Of a stretch of 32,000 nt of DNA, positions 1 to 8,049 are shown piece by piece (the first letter of the stretch is position 1; every line of letters begins with the position of its first letter). A model generated the notes under the pieces. It saw nothing but the letters and a program-made list of their open reading frames with translations. It was not told the origin of the DNA and did no database searches. A program made the position numbers and the translations under genes. The DNA comes from Prochlorococcus marinus subsp. pastoris str. CCMP1986 (GTDB taxonomy: Bacteria; Cyanobacteriota; Cyanobacteriia; PCC-6307; Cyanobiaceae), in NCBI RefSeq assembly GCF_000011465.1, contig NC_005072.1:870001-902000 (forward strand), written 5' to 3'.

Positions 1-1089
1 GCTGGCCAAGGAACAATTGCCATTGAAATAGAAAAACAAGTCAAAGAACCACCAGAAGCAATATATGTTGCGGTTGGAGGAGGAGGTTTAATAGCTGGTA
101 TTTCTTTATACATAAAAAATATTTGGCCACAAGTAAAAATAATTGGTGTAGAGCCTGAAGATGCTGATGCGATGACTAAATCCCTAAATAACTCAAAATT
201 AATAGAATTAGCATCAGTTGGTCAATTTGCTGATGGCGTAGCAGTAAAAAAAGTTGGAGAAAAAACCTTTGAAATCGGAAGAAAATATATCGACAAAATG
301 ATAACTGTAAATACTGATGAAATATGTGCCGCTATTAAGGATGTTTTTGAAGATACCAGATCAATCCTAGAACCAGCTGGAGCTCTATCTATTGCAGGAA
401 TGAAAAAGGATATATTCGAATCTAAATACGCAAACAAAAATATGATTGCCATCGCATGTGGTGCAAATATGAATTTCGAAAGACTACGATTTATAGCAGA
501 AAGATCTGCACTTGGAGAGTACAAAGAAGCAATGTTTGCCGTTGAAATACCAGAAAAAGCGGGCAGCTTAATTAATTTCTGTAGTTTGTTAAATAATAGA
601 AATTTAACAGAATTTAGCTATAGGATGTCCAATTCAGTTAATGCTCAAATATTTGTAGGAATCGAGGTTAATGGAGTAATCGATAAAGATGAACTATTAC
701 AAGAATTTAGGAAATCAAATTATCCTTTTATAGATATAAGTAATGATGAATTATCTAAAAATCATCTAAGACATATGGTAGGTGGTCGTTTGCCTCAAAA
801 ATTCACCGTACTTGAAAAATCAAAATATATTGAATTGCTATATAGATTTGAGTTTCCAGAAAGGCCAGGAGCATTAATAAATTTTCTAAAAAATATGAAA
901 TCAAATTGGACAATAAGCATCTTTCATTATAGAAATCATGGTTCTGATGTAGGAAAAATTGTTATAGGAGTATTAATAGATCGTGCTGAAATTAATTACT
1001 GGAATAAATTTGTTGAATTCTTAGGATATAAATACTGGGACGAAACTAATAATCAAACATATAAATTATTCCTTGGTGCATCTGATTAA
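1..1089 (+). CDS. ilvA: Threonine ammonia-lyase, biosynthetic (5' truncated), C-terminal part of catalytic domain plus two ACT-like regulatory domains
   Basis: Frame 1 is open from base 1 (AGQGTIAIEIEKQVKEPPEAIYVAVGGGGLIAGISLYIKNIWPQVKIIGVEPEDADAM...) into the 172..1089 ORF; tetraglycine PLP loop GGGGL; ACT-like segments 'FAVEIPEKAGSLINF' and 'YRFEFPERPGALINFL'. Confidence 0.93.
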   Translation, partial: AGQGTIAIEIEKQVKEPPEAIYVAVGGGGLIAGISLYIKNIWPQVKIIGVEPEDADAMTKSLNNSKLIELASVGQFADGVAVKKVGEKTFEIGRKYIDKMITVNTDEICAAIKDVFEDTRSILEPAGALSIAGMKKDIFESKYANKNMIAIACGANMNFERLRFIAERSALGEYKEAMFAVEIPEKAGSLINFCSLLNNRNLTEFSYRMSNSVNAQIFVGIEVNGVIDKDELLQEFRKSNYPFIDISNDELSKNHLRHMVGGRLPQKFTVLEKSKYIELLYRFEFPERPGALINFLKNMKSNWTISIFHYRNHGSDVGKIVIGVLIDRAEINYWNKFVEFLGYKYWDETNNQTYKLFLGASD

Positions 1090-1170
1090 AATAAGGTAAC
1101 TTGGGAAAGAATTAGGTATTAAAAAATTAATAAAGTTGATCTAATTACAAAAAAATTAACCGATATAAGT

Positions 1171-1653
1171 TTGGTTACAAGAGTTGAGGCTGTTCTTTAT
1201 CTTAAAGGTAGACCAATATCAAAAAAAAATCTTTCAGAAATTACTAATGCGGATATTAATTCTATTGACAAGGCATTAAGGGAATTAAAGGAAAAATACT
1301 CAAACACAAAATCTGCAATAGAATTAAATGAAATTAATAGTTGTTATTGTCTAGAGTTAAAATCAATTCTAAATGAATTTGTGGAAGATTTATTACCATC
1401 TGAATTAAGAACATCAGAATTAAGGACACTTGCAACAATTGCAATTAAGAAAAAAATACTGCAATCAGATCTTATAGTTTTAAGAGGGTCAGGAGCCTAC
1501 GACCATATAAAGGAATTAACAAATAAAAAATTTATTATTAAACGTAAGCAAAAAGATGGTAGATCTTATTGGCTATCATTGTCTGAAAAATTTTTTCAAA
1601 CTTTTGCTGTAAGCAATGAATATTTATCGCAAATAGGCGGCAATAAAAAGTAA
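1171..1653 (+). CDS. scpB: Segregation and condensation protein B (ScpB)
   Basis: N-terminus VTRVEAVLYLKGRPIS and winged-helix core ELRTLATIAIKKKILQSDLIVLRGSGAYDHIKEL...GRSYWLSLSEKFFQTF typical of ScpB; start codon uncertain (TTG at 1171). Confidence 0.82.
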   Translation: MVTRVEAVLYLKGRPISKKNLSEITNADINSIDKALRELKEKYSNTKSAIELNEINSCYCLELKSILNEFVEDLLPSELRTSELRTLATIAIKKKILQSDLIVLRGSGAYDHIKELTNKKFIIKRKQKDGRSYWLSLSEKFFQTFAVSNEYLSQIGGNKK

Positions 1654-1675
1654 ATGTTACAATTAGCTAAACTAC

Positions 1676-1963
1676 TTGAAAATAATGTTGTCTGAGATTT
1701 TTGCGGTTTTAGGTCAAACCTTATCAATTTATTCATTTATTTTGATCATTAGGATATTACTTACATGGTTTCCTGGAATAGATTGGAGTAATGGAATATT
1801 ATCAGCATTAACGTCAATAACAGACCCATATTTGAATATATTTAGAGGAATAATTCCTCCAATTGGTGGCTTTGATATTTCATCGTTGTTAGCTTTTCTA
1901 CTTCTTAATGTTATCCAAAACCTTATTACTAATCTTCAATATGCCAGCTTAGGATATGGTTAA
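1676..1963 (+). CDS. YggT family membrane protein
   Basis: ILIIRILLTWFPGIDW...ITDPYLNIFRGIIPPIGGFDISSLLAFLLLNVIQNLI matches the YggT pattern; ATG at 1685 is an alternative start. Confidence 0.85.
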   Translation: MKIMLSEIFAVLGQTLSIYSFILIIRILLTWFPGIDWSNGILSALTSITDPYLNIFRGIIPPIGGFDISSLLAFLLLNVIQNLITNLQYASLGYG

Positions 1964-1966
1964 AAT

Positions 1967-2296
1967 TTAACGATCATCTCCGGAACCAGAAATTTTACCC
2001 TTAGCTGCTCTTAACTTCAATTTTTCTAAATTTTGTAAAGCAACTTCTTCTAATTCGAAATTGAATTCATTGCAAAGATTAGATATATACCATAGAACAT
2101 CACCTAACTCTTTTTTTATCCCTTTTTTAGATTCTTCATCAAAAATACCTTTTTTATCTCTAATTACTTTTTTTACTTTTTCTGCAACTTCACCAGCTTC
2201 TCCAACTAATCCTAGTGTTGGATAAATATTGTTTGAGCCTAAATTTGGATATTGGGCTGTTAAGCGAGCTTGCTTCTGATAAGTTTTAAAATCCAT
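1967..2296 (-). CDS. MazG-like nucleotide pyrophosphohydrolase
   Basis: GLVGEAGEVAEKVKKVIRDKKG...KKELGDVLWYISNLCNEF, MazG-type Glu-rich metal-binding helices. Confidence 0.85.
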   Translation of the reverse strand: MDFKTYQKQARLTAQYPNLGSNNIYPTLGLVGEAGEVAEKVKKVIRDKKGIFDEESKKGIKKELGDVLWYISNLCNEFNFELEEVALQNLEKLKLRAAKGKISGSGDDR

Positions 2297-2357
2297 AGAT
2301 TAAATAACTAACTTTATGTATGTTAAATTTACTTATATCTAGCAATATTATTTATAT

Positions 2358-4148
2358 ATGTCGAATATTGATTTAAAAAGGAGAACCAAGATTGTTGCAA
2401 CAATTGGACCAGCTACTCAATCAGAAGAAATTATTACTGATCTTATTAAGGCTGGAGTCACAACATTTCGATTAAATTTTTCTCATGGCGATCATAAAGA
2501 TCATCAAGAAAGAATACAAACCATAAGAAAAGTTTCTGAAAAGCTAGATCTAGATATTGGAATACTTCAGGATCTTCAGGGTCCTAAAATAAGATTAGGA
2601 AGATTTAAAGATGGTCCTGTAAAAGTAAAAAAAGGAGATAAATTCTCATTAACTTCCAATGAAGTTGAATGTACAAAAAGTATAGCTAATGTTACCTACA
2701 ACAAACTTGCCCAGGAAGTAACTTCAGGTAAAAGAATATTGTTAGATGATGGAAAAATTGAAATGATTGTTGAAAAGGTTGATATAGGAAATAATTTATT
2801 AGAGTGTAAAGTAACTGTTGGAGGAGTCCTTTCTAACAACAAAGGTGTAAATTTTCCAGATGTACAATTATCTGTTAAAGCTTTAACTGATAAAGATATA
2901 GAAGATCTTGAATTTGGATTAACTGCTGGTGTTGATTGGATAGCTCTGAGTTTTGTAAGAAATCCGTCTGATATTAATGAAATAAAAAATTTAATAAATA
3001 AGAATGGACATTCAATTCCTGTTGTAGCCAAGATTGAAAAATTTGAAGCAATAGATCAAATAGATTCAATATTACCTTTGTGTGATGGGGTTATGGTTGC
3101 ACGAGGAGACTTAGGAGTTGAAATGCCAGCAGAAGAAGTCCCTCTTTTACAAAAAGAGTTAATTAGAAAAGCAAATACACTAGGGATCCCCATTATTACC
3201 GCCACACAAATGCTTGACTCAATGGCATCAAATCCAAGGCCAACTCGCGCTGAAGTAAGTGATGTAGCTAATGCAATTCTTGATGGTACAGATGCTGTAA
3301 TGCTTTCAAATGAAACAGCTGTGGGTGATTATCCAGTAGAAGCTGTTGAGACCATGGCGACAATTGCTAGAAGAATTGAACGTGATTATCCACTAAAAGC
3401 AATTGAGAGTCACCTTCCTAGTACTATTCCAAATGCAATAAGCGCCGCAGTCAGCAACATTGCTAGACAACTTGATGCTGGGGCAATAATCCCTTTAACC
3501 AAATCCGGTTCAACAGCCCGTAATGTGAGTAAATTCAGACCTCCTACTCCTATTCTTGCTACCACTACAGAGCGATGTGTCGCGAGAAGATTGCAATTAG
3601 TATGGGGAGTGACTCCTTTATTAGTCAAGAATGACGATAGGACTGCAAAAACATTCAGTATTGCAATGCAAATAGCACAAGAACTAGGGATTCTTAAGCA
3701 AGGAGACCTGGTAGTTCAGACTGCAGGGACACTAACAGGTATAAGTGGTTCGACTGATCTAATAAAGGTTGGGTTAGTAAGAAAAGTGGTAACTCGAGGA
3801 ATATCAGTAGGGGAGATAGGTGTAACTGGCAAAGCAAGAAATATAAAGACTAATCTTGATTTATCATTGATTTCTCCAGGTGAAATTTTATTTGTACCAA
3901 AAAATATCTTAATGGATTTACCTTTCACCAAAATAATTACTGGAATAGTTACGGATGAAAATATAGATGAATGCTATAAAGTATTCAAAAAAAATAATAT
4001 TAAGATATCCACTATTTGTAATTTATCTGCTATTGACAATCTTGTATCGAACGGGGATTTAATAACGTTACAACTCAATGAAGGGGTTGTTTATATGGGG
4101 CAGATAGAAGACGATGAGGATGCACTAGATAAATATAAGTATGTCTAG
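2358..4148 (+). CDS. pyk: Pyruvate kinase with C-terminal extension
   Basis: RRTKIVATIGPATQSEE, DLQGPKIRLG, MVARGDLGVEMPAEEVPLLQK, ITATQMLDSMASNPRPTRAEVSDVANAILDGTDAVMLSNETAVGDYP; 596 aa. Confidence 0.97.
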   Translation: MSNIDLKRRTKIVATIGPATQSEEIITDLIKAGVTTFRLNFSHGDHKDHQERIQTIRKVSEKLDLDIGILQDLQGPKIRLGRFKDGPVKVKKGDKFSLTSNEVECTKSIANVTYNKLAQEVTSGKRILLDDGKIEMIVEKVDIGNNLLECKVTVGGVLSNNKGVNFPDVQLSVKALTDKDIEDLEFGLTAGVDWIALSFVRNPSDINEIKNLINKNGHSIPVVAKIEKFEAIDQIDSILPLCDGVMVARGDLGVEMPAEEVPLLQKELIRKANTLGIPIITATQMLDSMASNPRPTRAEVSDVANAILDGTDAVMLSNETAVGDYPVEAVETMATIARRIERDYPLKAIESHLPSTIPNAISAAVSNIARQLDAGAIIPLTKSGSTARNVSKFRPPTPILATTTERCVARRLQLVWGVTPLLVKNDDRTAKTFSIAMQIAQELGILKQGDLVVQTAGTLTGISGSTDLIKVGLVRKVVTRGISVGEIGVTGKARNIKTNLDLSLISPGEILFVPKNILMDLPFTKIITGIVTDENIDECYKVFKKNNIKISTICNLSAIDNLVSNGDLITLQLNEGVVYMGQIEDDEDALDKYKYV

Positions 4149-5370
4149 GAATATATCTCTTAAAGAAGCCTTTAATATGGCTGGTAAAACTTTAGTTTCA
4201 AACAAATTAAGAAGTTCTCTTACTATGCTTGGAATAATAATAGGTAATGCATCAGTAATAACACTTGTAGGATTAGGGAGAGGAGCTCAAACTCTTGCCA
4301 AAAATCAATTAAGTAATTTAGGTGCAAATGTTTTATTTATTGTTCCAGGCAATAACGATACCCGAAGAAGAGGTATATCATTTCCAAAAAATCTTGTTTT
4401 AGAAGATTCAATTGCAATTAACAATCAAGTCCCGAGTGTTAAAAAAGTTGCACCACAAATCTCTGCAAATGAAATTGTTCAATCAAATTCAAAAAGCCTA
4501 AATATTTCAATTGCTGGTGTTACTCCTGAATTTCTTGACGTAAGAAGTTTTGAGGTAGATGAAGGAAGATTTATCTCCCAAAGTGACGTAAATTCAGCTA
4601 GAAGTTTTGTTGTAATTGGACCTGATCTAAAGGAAGACTTTTTTAAGGGAAACACTGTAATTGGAGAAAAAATAAGAATTAAAGATCACACCTACGAAAT
4701 AATTGGAATTTTGAAACCTAAAGGTGCTGTTTTTGGTAGCAATCAAGATAAAAACGCATATATACCTCTTACTACAATGGTTAATAGAATAAGTGGAAAA
4801 GATCCTACCTATGGAGTTAGCTTAAGTTTTATAAGTGTGGAGGCTACTAGTAAAAACAAAACTAGTGCTGCAAAGTTCCAAATTACAAATTTATTGCGTC
4901 AAAGACATAACATCGTAAGGGACGATGATTTTGCAGTTAGATCTCAAGAAGATGCATTAAATATCGTAACAAACATTACAAGTGGTCTTACATTTTTATT
5001 GGCAGGTATAGGTGCTGTCTCTCTTATTGTTGGAGGTATAGGAATAATGAATATAATGCTTGTTTCTGTAAGTGAAAGAACAGAGGAGATTGGTTTAAGA
5101 AAAGCAATAGGAGCGAAACAATCAGATATTCTTATACAATTTTTATTTGAGGCTTTAATTTTATCTACTATTGGAGGTTTGGTTGGAACAACAACCGGTT
5201 TGACAGGGGTATTTCTTCTAGGAGTAATAACTCCGTTGCCAGCTTCGGTAGGAATAACAACAACGTTGTCAACAATGATTATTTCAGGTTCAATAGGATT
5301 AATCTTTGGAGTGTTACCAGCCAAAAGAGCCTCACAATTAGATCCAATTGTTGCTCTAAGAAGTTTGTAA
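4141..5370 (+). CDS. ABC transporter permease, MacB/FtsX-like
   Basis: N-terminal KLRSSLTMLGIIIGNASVITLVGLGRGAQ and C-terminal FtsX domain GGIGIMNIMLVSVSERTEEIGLRKAIGAKQSDILIQFLFEA. Confidence 0.9.
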   Translation: MSRNISLKEAFNMAGKTLVSNKLRSSLTMLGIIIGNASVITLVGLGRGAQTLAKNQLSNLGANVLFIVPGNNDTRRRGISFPKNLVLEDSIAINNQVPSVKKVAPQISANEIVQSNSKSLNISIAGVTPEFLDVRSFEVDEGRFISQSDVNSARSFVVIGPDLKEDFFKGNTVIGEKIRIKDHTYEIIGILKPKGAVFGSNQDKNAYIPLTTMVNRISGKDPTYGVSLSFISVEATSKNKTSAAKFQITNLLRQRHNIVRDDDFAVRSQEDALNIVTNITSGLTFLLAGIGAVSLIVGGIGIMNIMLVSVSERTEEIGLRKAIGAKQSDILIQFLFEALILSTIGGLVGTTTGLTGVFLLGVITPLPASVGITTTLSTMIISGSIGLIFGVLPAKRASQLDPIVALRSL

Positions 5371-5384
5371 ATTTTTATTAGTAA

Positions 5385-5957
5385 ATGCTAAATGTTAGTA
5401 AAATTATTGAGGTATTTATAAGTCTCCAAATAATTATAATTTCTACATTTATTCCTGTTTTTTTCTATATTCCTTTTACTAATAAACTTATTGGGTCATT
5501 TGAAATGCCTATTACATGGCAATTACCTTCAATCGTAATAATTACCTTAATATTTACCGGTAAAATAGTAATAAAAGCATTTAGTATCTATTTAATAATT
5601 GGTTTGTTTTTTATTCCAGTATTTGACCAGGGAGGTTCATTAGGATATTTATTAACTCCAAATTTTGGTTATTTATTAGGAATGTATCCATTAATCAAAA
5701 TAATAGATATTTTAAATAAAAGAAAGCAAATGATTAAATATTATGACCTTTTAAAATACGGAATATTAGGAATATGTAGTATGCATCTTATAGGTATAAT
5801 TTATAACTGCATTCTATTTTTAAATTATAAACAATCGGAAATACTCTTATACAATATTTCAAAATACTCATTAGGAAAACTTGGATATCATTTGTTAATG
5901 CTCACACCTATAACTGTACTGTTTAAGATTTTCAATAAGAACAGATATCAAAGATGA
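5385..5957 (+). CDS. bioY: BioY family biotin transporter substrate-binding subunit
   Basis: Hydrophobic protein with GLFFIPVFDQGGSLGYLLTPNFGYLLGMYP, BioY-like signature. Confidence 0.78.
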   Translation: MLNVSKIIEVFISLQIIIISTFIPVFFYIPFTNKLIGSFEMPITWQLPSIVIITLIFTGKIVIKAFSIYLIIGLFFIPVFDQGGSLGYLLTPNFGYLLGMYPLIKIIDILNKRKQMIKYYDLLKYGILGICSMHLIGIIYNCILFLNYKQSEILLYNISKYSLGKLGYHLLMLTPITVLFKIFNKNRYQR

Positions 5958-6415
5958 TGTTAAATATAAAAAAAAATAGATTTTATTATATTTTATTATC
6001 TATTTTAATTATTCTATCTGATCAATTTACAAAACATATTATCGAATTAAATCATACATCTTATATAAATAAAGATCTTGTATTTTTTAGTATTGAGTAC
6101 GTAAAAAATTATGGAGCAGCATTTAATATTTTAAACGGTAACAGAATTTTTTTATCCACACTAAGTACAATAATAACGTTATGTTTAATATATTTTATTT
6201 TATATAAAAAAAAATTAGATAATTTAGCTTTATTAAGCTATAGCTTTATTTTGGCAGGTACGATAGGAAACGGAATTGAAAGAATTACAAAGGGTTACGT
6301 TATAGATTTTATTAATTTAAAATTTATAGATTTTCCAGTATTTAATATTGCCGATATATCTATAAATATTGGTCTAATTATTATTATATATGGACTTATT
6401 AAAAATAAACGATAA
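5954..6415 (+). CDS. lspA: Lipoprotein signal peptidase (signal peptidase II)
   Basis: ILSDQFTKHII, VEYVKNYGAAFNILNG, AGTIGNGIERITKGYVIDFINLKFIDFPVFNIADISINIG. Confidence 0.93.
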   Translation: MMLNIKKNRFYYILLSILIILSDQFTKHIIELNHTSYINKDLVFFSIEYVKNYGAAFNILNGNRIFLSTLSTIITLCLIYFILYKKKLDNLALLSYSFILAGTIGNGIERITKGYVIDFINLKFIDFPVFNIADISINIGLIIIIYGLIKNKR

Positions 6416-6417
6416 TA

Positions 6418-7920
6418 ATGTACCATTTTCTTATTAAGAACTATAGATATTTATTAATTATATTATTTCTTTATTTATTATTGACGTTATTTAGAAATAT
6501 TTTAAATATTTATTCTATTTTAATCATTGTTGTTATTTTACTAATTTTTTATTATAAAAACAAAAGATTATTCAAAAAGATTGCTTATAAAATAATATTT
6601 AAGCAACAAAATAGTTTTTCTTTTAGAAATAAATATGGAGCTGCAAAAAATAGTCTTGAAGCAATAGATGAAATTAATAAAAAAATATCCAATAAAATAT
6701 ATGGAGATTTATTGAAATATGAAAAGATAAAGCTTGAGAAACAGTTCAAGCATGGAGACTATAACGTAATATTATTTGGTGCGGGATCCTCTGGAAAAAC
6801 TTCTATAGCAAGAGCACTATTGAAAAATTTAATTGGAAAGATTTCCCCAACAATTGGGACTACAAAAGATATAACAAGTTATAAAATTAGAATTCCAATC
6901 TTAAAAAGAAATATAAATATAATTGATACGCCTGGATTATTTGAAGCTTCTAAAGAAGGTCAAGAAAGGGAGGACTCTACAATAATGGAGGCATCAAAAT
7001 CAGATCTCATTCTTTTTGTAATTGATCAAGATATCAATAAATATGAACTCTATCTAATTAGAGAATTACTAAATTTGAAGAAGAAAATAATTATTGTTTT
7101 AAATAAATGCGACTTAAGATCAGAAAAACAAAATAATTTTATTAGAGAAAACATTATCTCAATTACATCTACAAAATATATTAAATTATCAGTCATAAAA
7201 ACTATTGCTACATCAAAAGTCTTCTCAAGCAATTTAGTAGACTCATTAAAAATAACTCCTGATGTAAGTAATCTATTTAAAGAGATAATAGAAACACTTG
7301 ATGCTAATGGAGAAGAATTACTAGCTGATAATATTCTTTTTAGATGTAATAAATTAGGCCAAATCAGCAAAAATGTAATATCGGAGCAAAGAAATTTAAG
7401 TGCTAATAAAATAATAAATAAATATACTTTGATTACAGGAGGAGTAATACTGTTAAATCCTTTGCCCGTTGTAGATTTTATAACAACAACATCTGTAAAT
7501 GTTCAAATGATACTTGAAATTTCGAAAACATATGATTTCAAGATAACAAAAAATGAAGCAGTCGAATTATCAAAATCATTATTAACAACTCTTGCAAAAC
7601 TTGGCATTTTGAAAGGTGGACTTAGTGTTATTACAAACGCATTAGCTTCAAATTTTACAACAATATTTATTTCAAAATCATTACAGTCCATAACCGCATG
7701 TTGGTTAATAAAAATAGTAGGTTTATCAATAAAAAAATATTTTAATAATGGAAAAAATTGGGGAGATGGTGGGATGCAAGAAGTAATTGAGGATATTTAC
7801 AAATTAAATAAAAGGGAAGATATCCTAAATAATTTCATTAGAGAAGCAATAAATAATATAAGAGTTTACGATGATTCAAAATCTCAAAGAAAATTGCCGC
7901 CATATTTGCAGAGTGACTAA
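6418..7920 (+). CDS. Membrane-associated GTPase, Era-like G domain plus DUF697-type C-terminal region
   Basis: N-terminal hydrophobic segments; G1 GAGSSGKTS, G3 DTPG, G4 NKCD; C-terminal hydrophobic region ITGGVILLNPLPVVDFITTTSVNVQMI. Confidence 0.85.
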   Translation: MYHFLIKNYRYLLIILFLYLLLTLFRNILNIYSILIIVVILLIFYYKNKRLFKKIAYKIIFKQQNSFSFRNKYGAAKNSLEAIDEINKKISNKIYGDLLKYEKIKLEKQFKHGDYNVILFGAGSSGKTSIARALLKNLIGKISPTIGTTKDITSYKIRIPILKRNINIIDTPGLFEASKEGQEREDSTIMEASKSDLILFVIDQDINKYELYLIRELLNLKKKIIIVLNKCDLRSEKQNNFIRENIISITSTKYIKLSVIKTIATSKVFSSNLVDSLKITPDVSNLFKEIIETLDANGEELLADNILFRCNKLGQISKNVISEQRNLSANKIINKYTLITGGVILLNPLPVVDFITTTSVNVQMILEISKTYDFKITKNEAVELSKSLLTTLAKLGILKGGLSVITNALASNFTTIFISKSLQSITACWLIKIVGLSIKKYFNNGKNWGDGGMQEVIEDIYKLNKREDILNNFIREAINNIRVYDDSKSQRKLPPYLQSD

Positions 7921-8044
7921 TTATTTGATTGTTTAAGAAAGATCTAAAGTCAAAAACAGTAATTAATAGTAAATATAAAATACAAATTAATATTGATATA
8001 AAACCCGTTATTACCGCTATTAATTTTGATCTACTAATTTTCAT
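7838..8044 (-). CDS. Small hypothetical membrane protein
   Basis: MKISRSKLIAVITGFISILICILYLLLITVFDFRSF: one strong TM helix, starts 6 bp after the decarboxylase stop; C-terminus overlaps the convergent GTPase gene by 83 bp. Confidence 0.55.
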   Translation of the reverse strand: MKISRSKLIAVITGFISILICILYLLLITVFDFRSFLNNQIISHSANMAAIFFEILNHRKLLYYLLLL

Positions 8045-8049
8045 AAGAA

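Noticed and set aside
222-524. Minus-strand 100-aa ORF inside ilvA
   Set aside because: Fully antisense to a strongly supported ACT-domain coding region; no family signature. Shadow ORF.
2696-3931. Three minus-strand ORFs (2696..3031, 3410..3628, 3716..3931) inside pyk
   Set aside because: Entirely antisense to conserved pyruvate kinase sequence; composition and lack of motifs fit chance open frames.
4944-5324. 126-aa minus-strand ORF inside the ABC permease
   Set aside because: Antisense to the FtsX domain, proline/isoleucine-rich shadow translation with no recognisable family.
7050-7691. Minus-strand ORFs 7050..7370 and 7503..7691 within the GTPase gene
   Set aside because: Antisense to GTPase motifs; no independent support.
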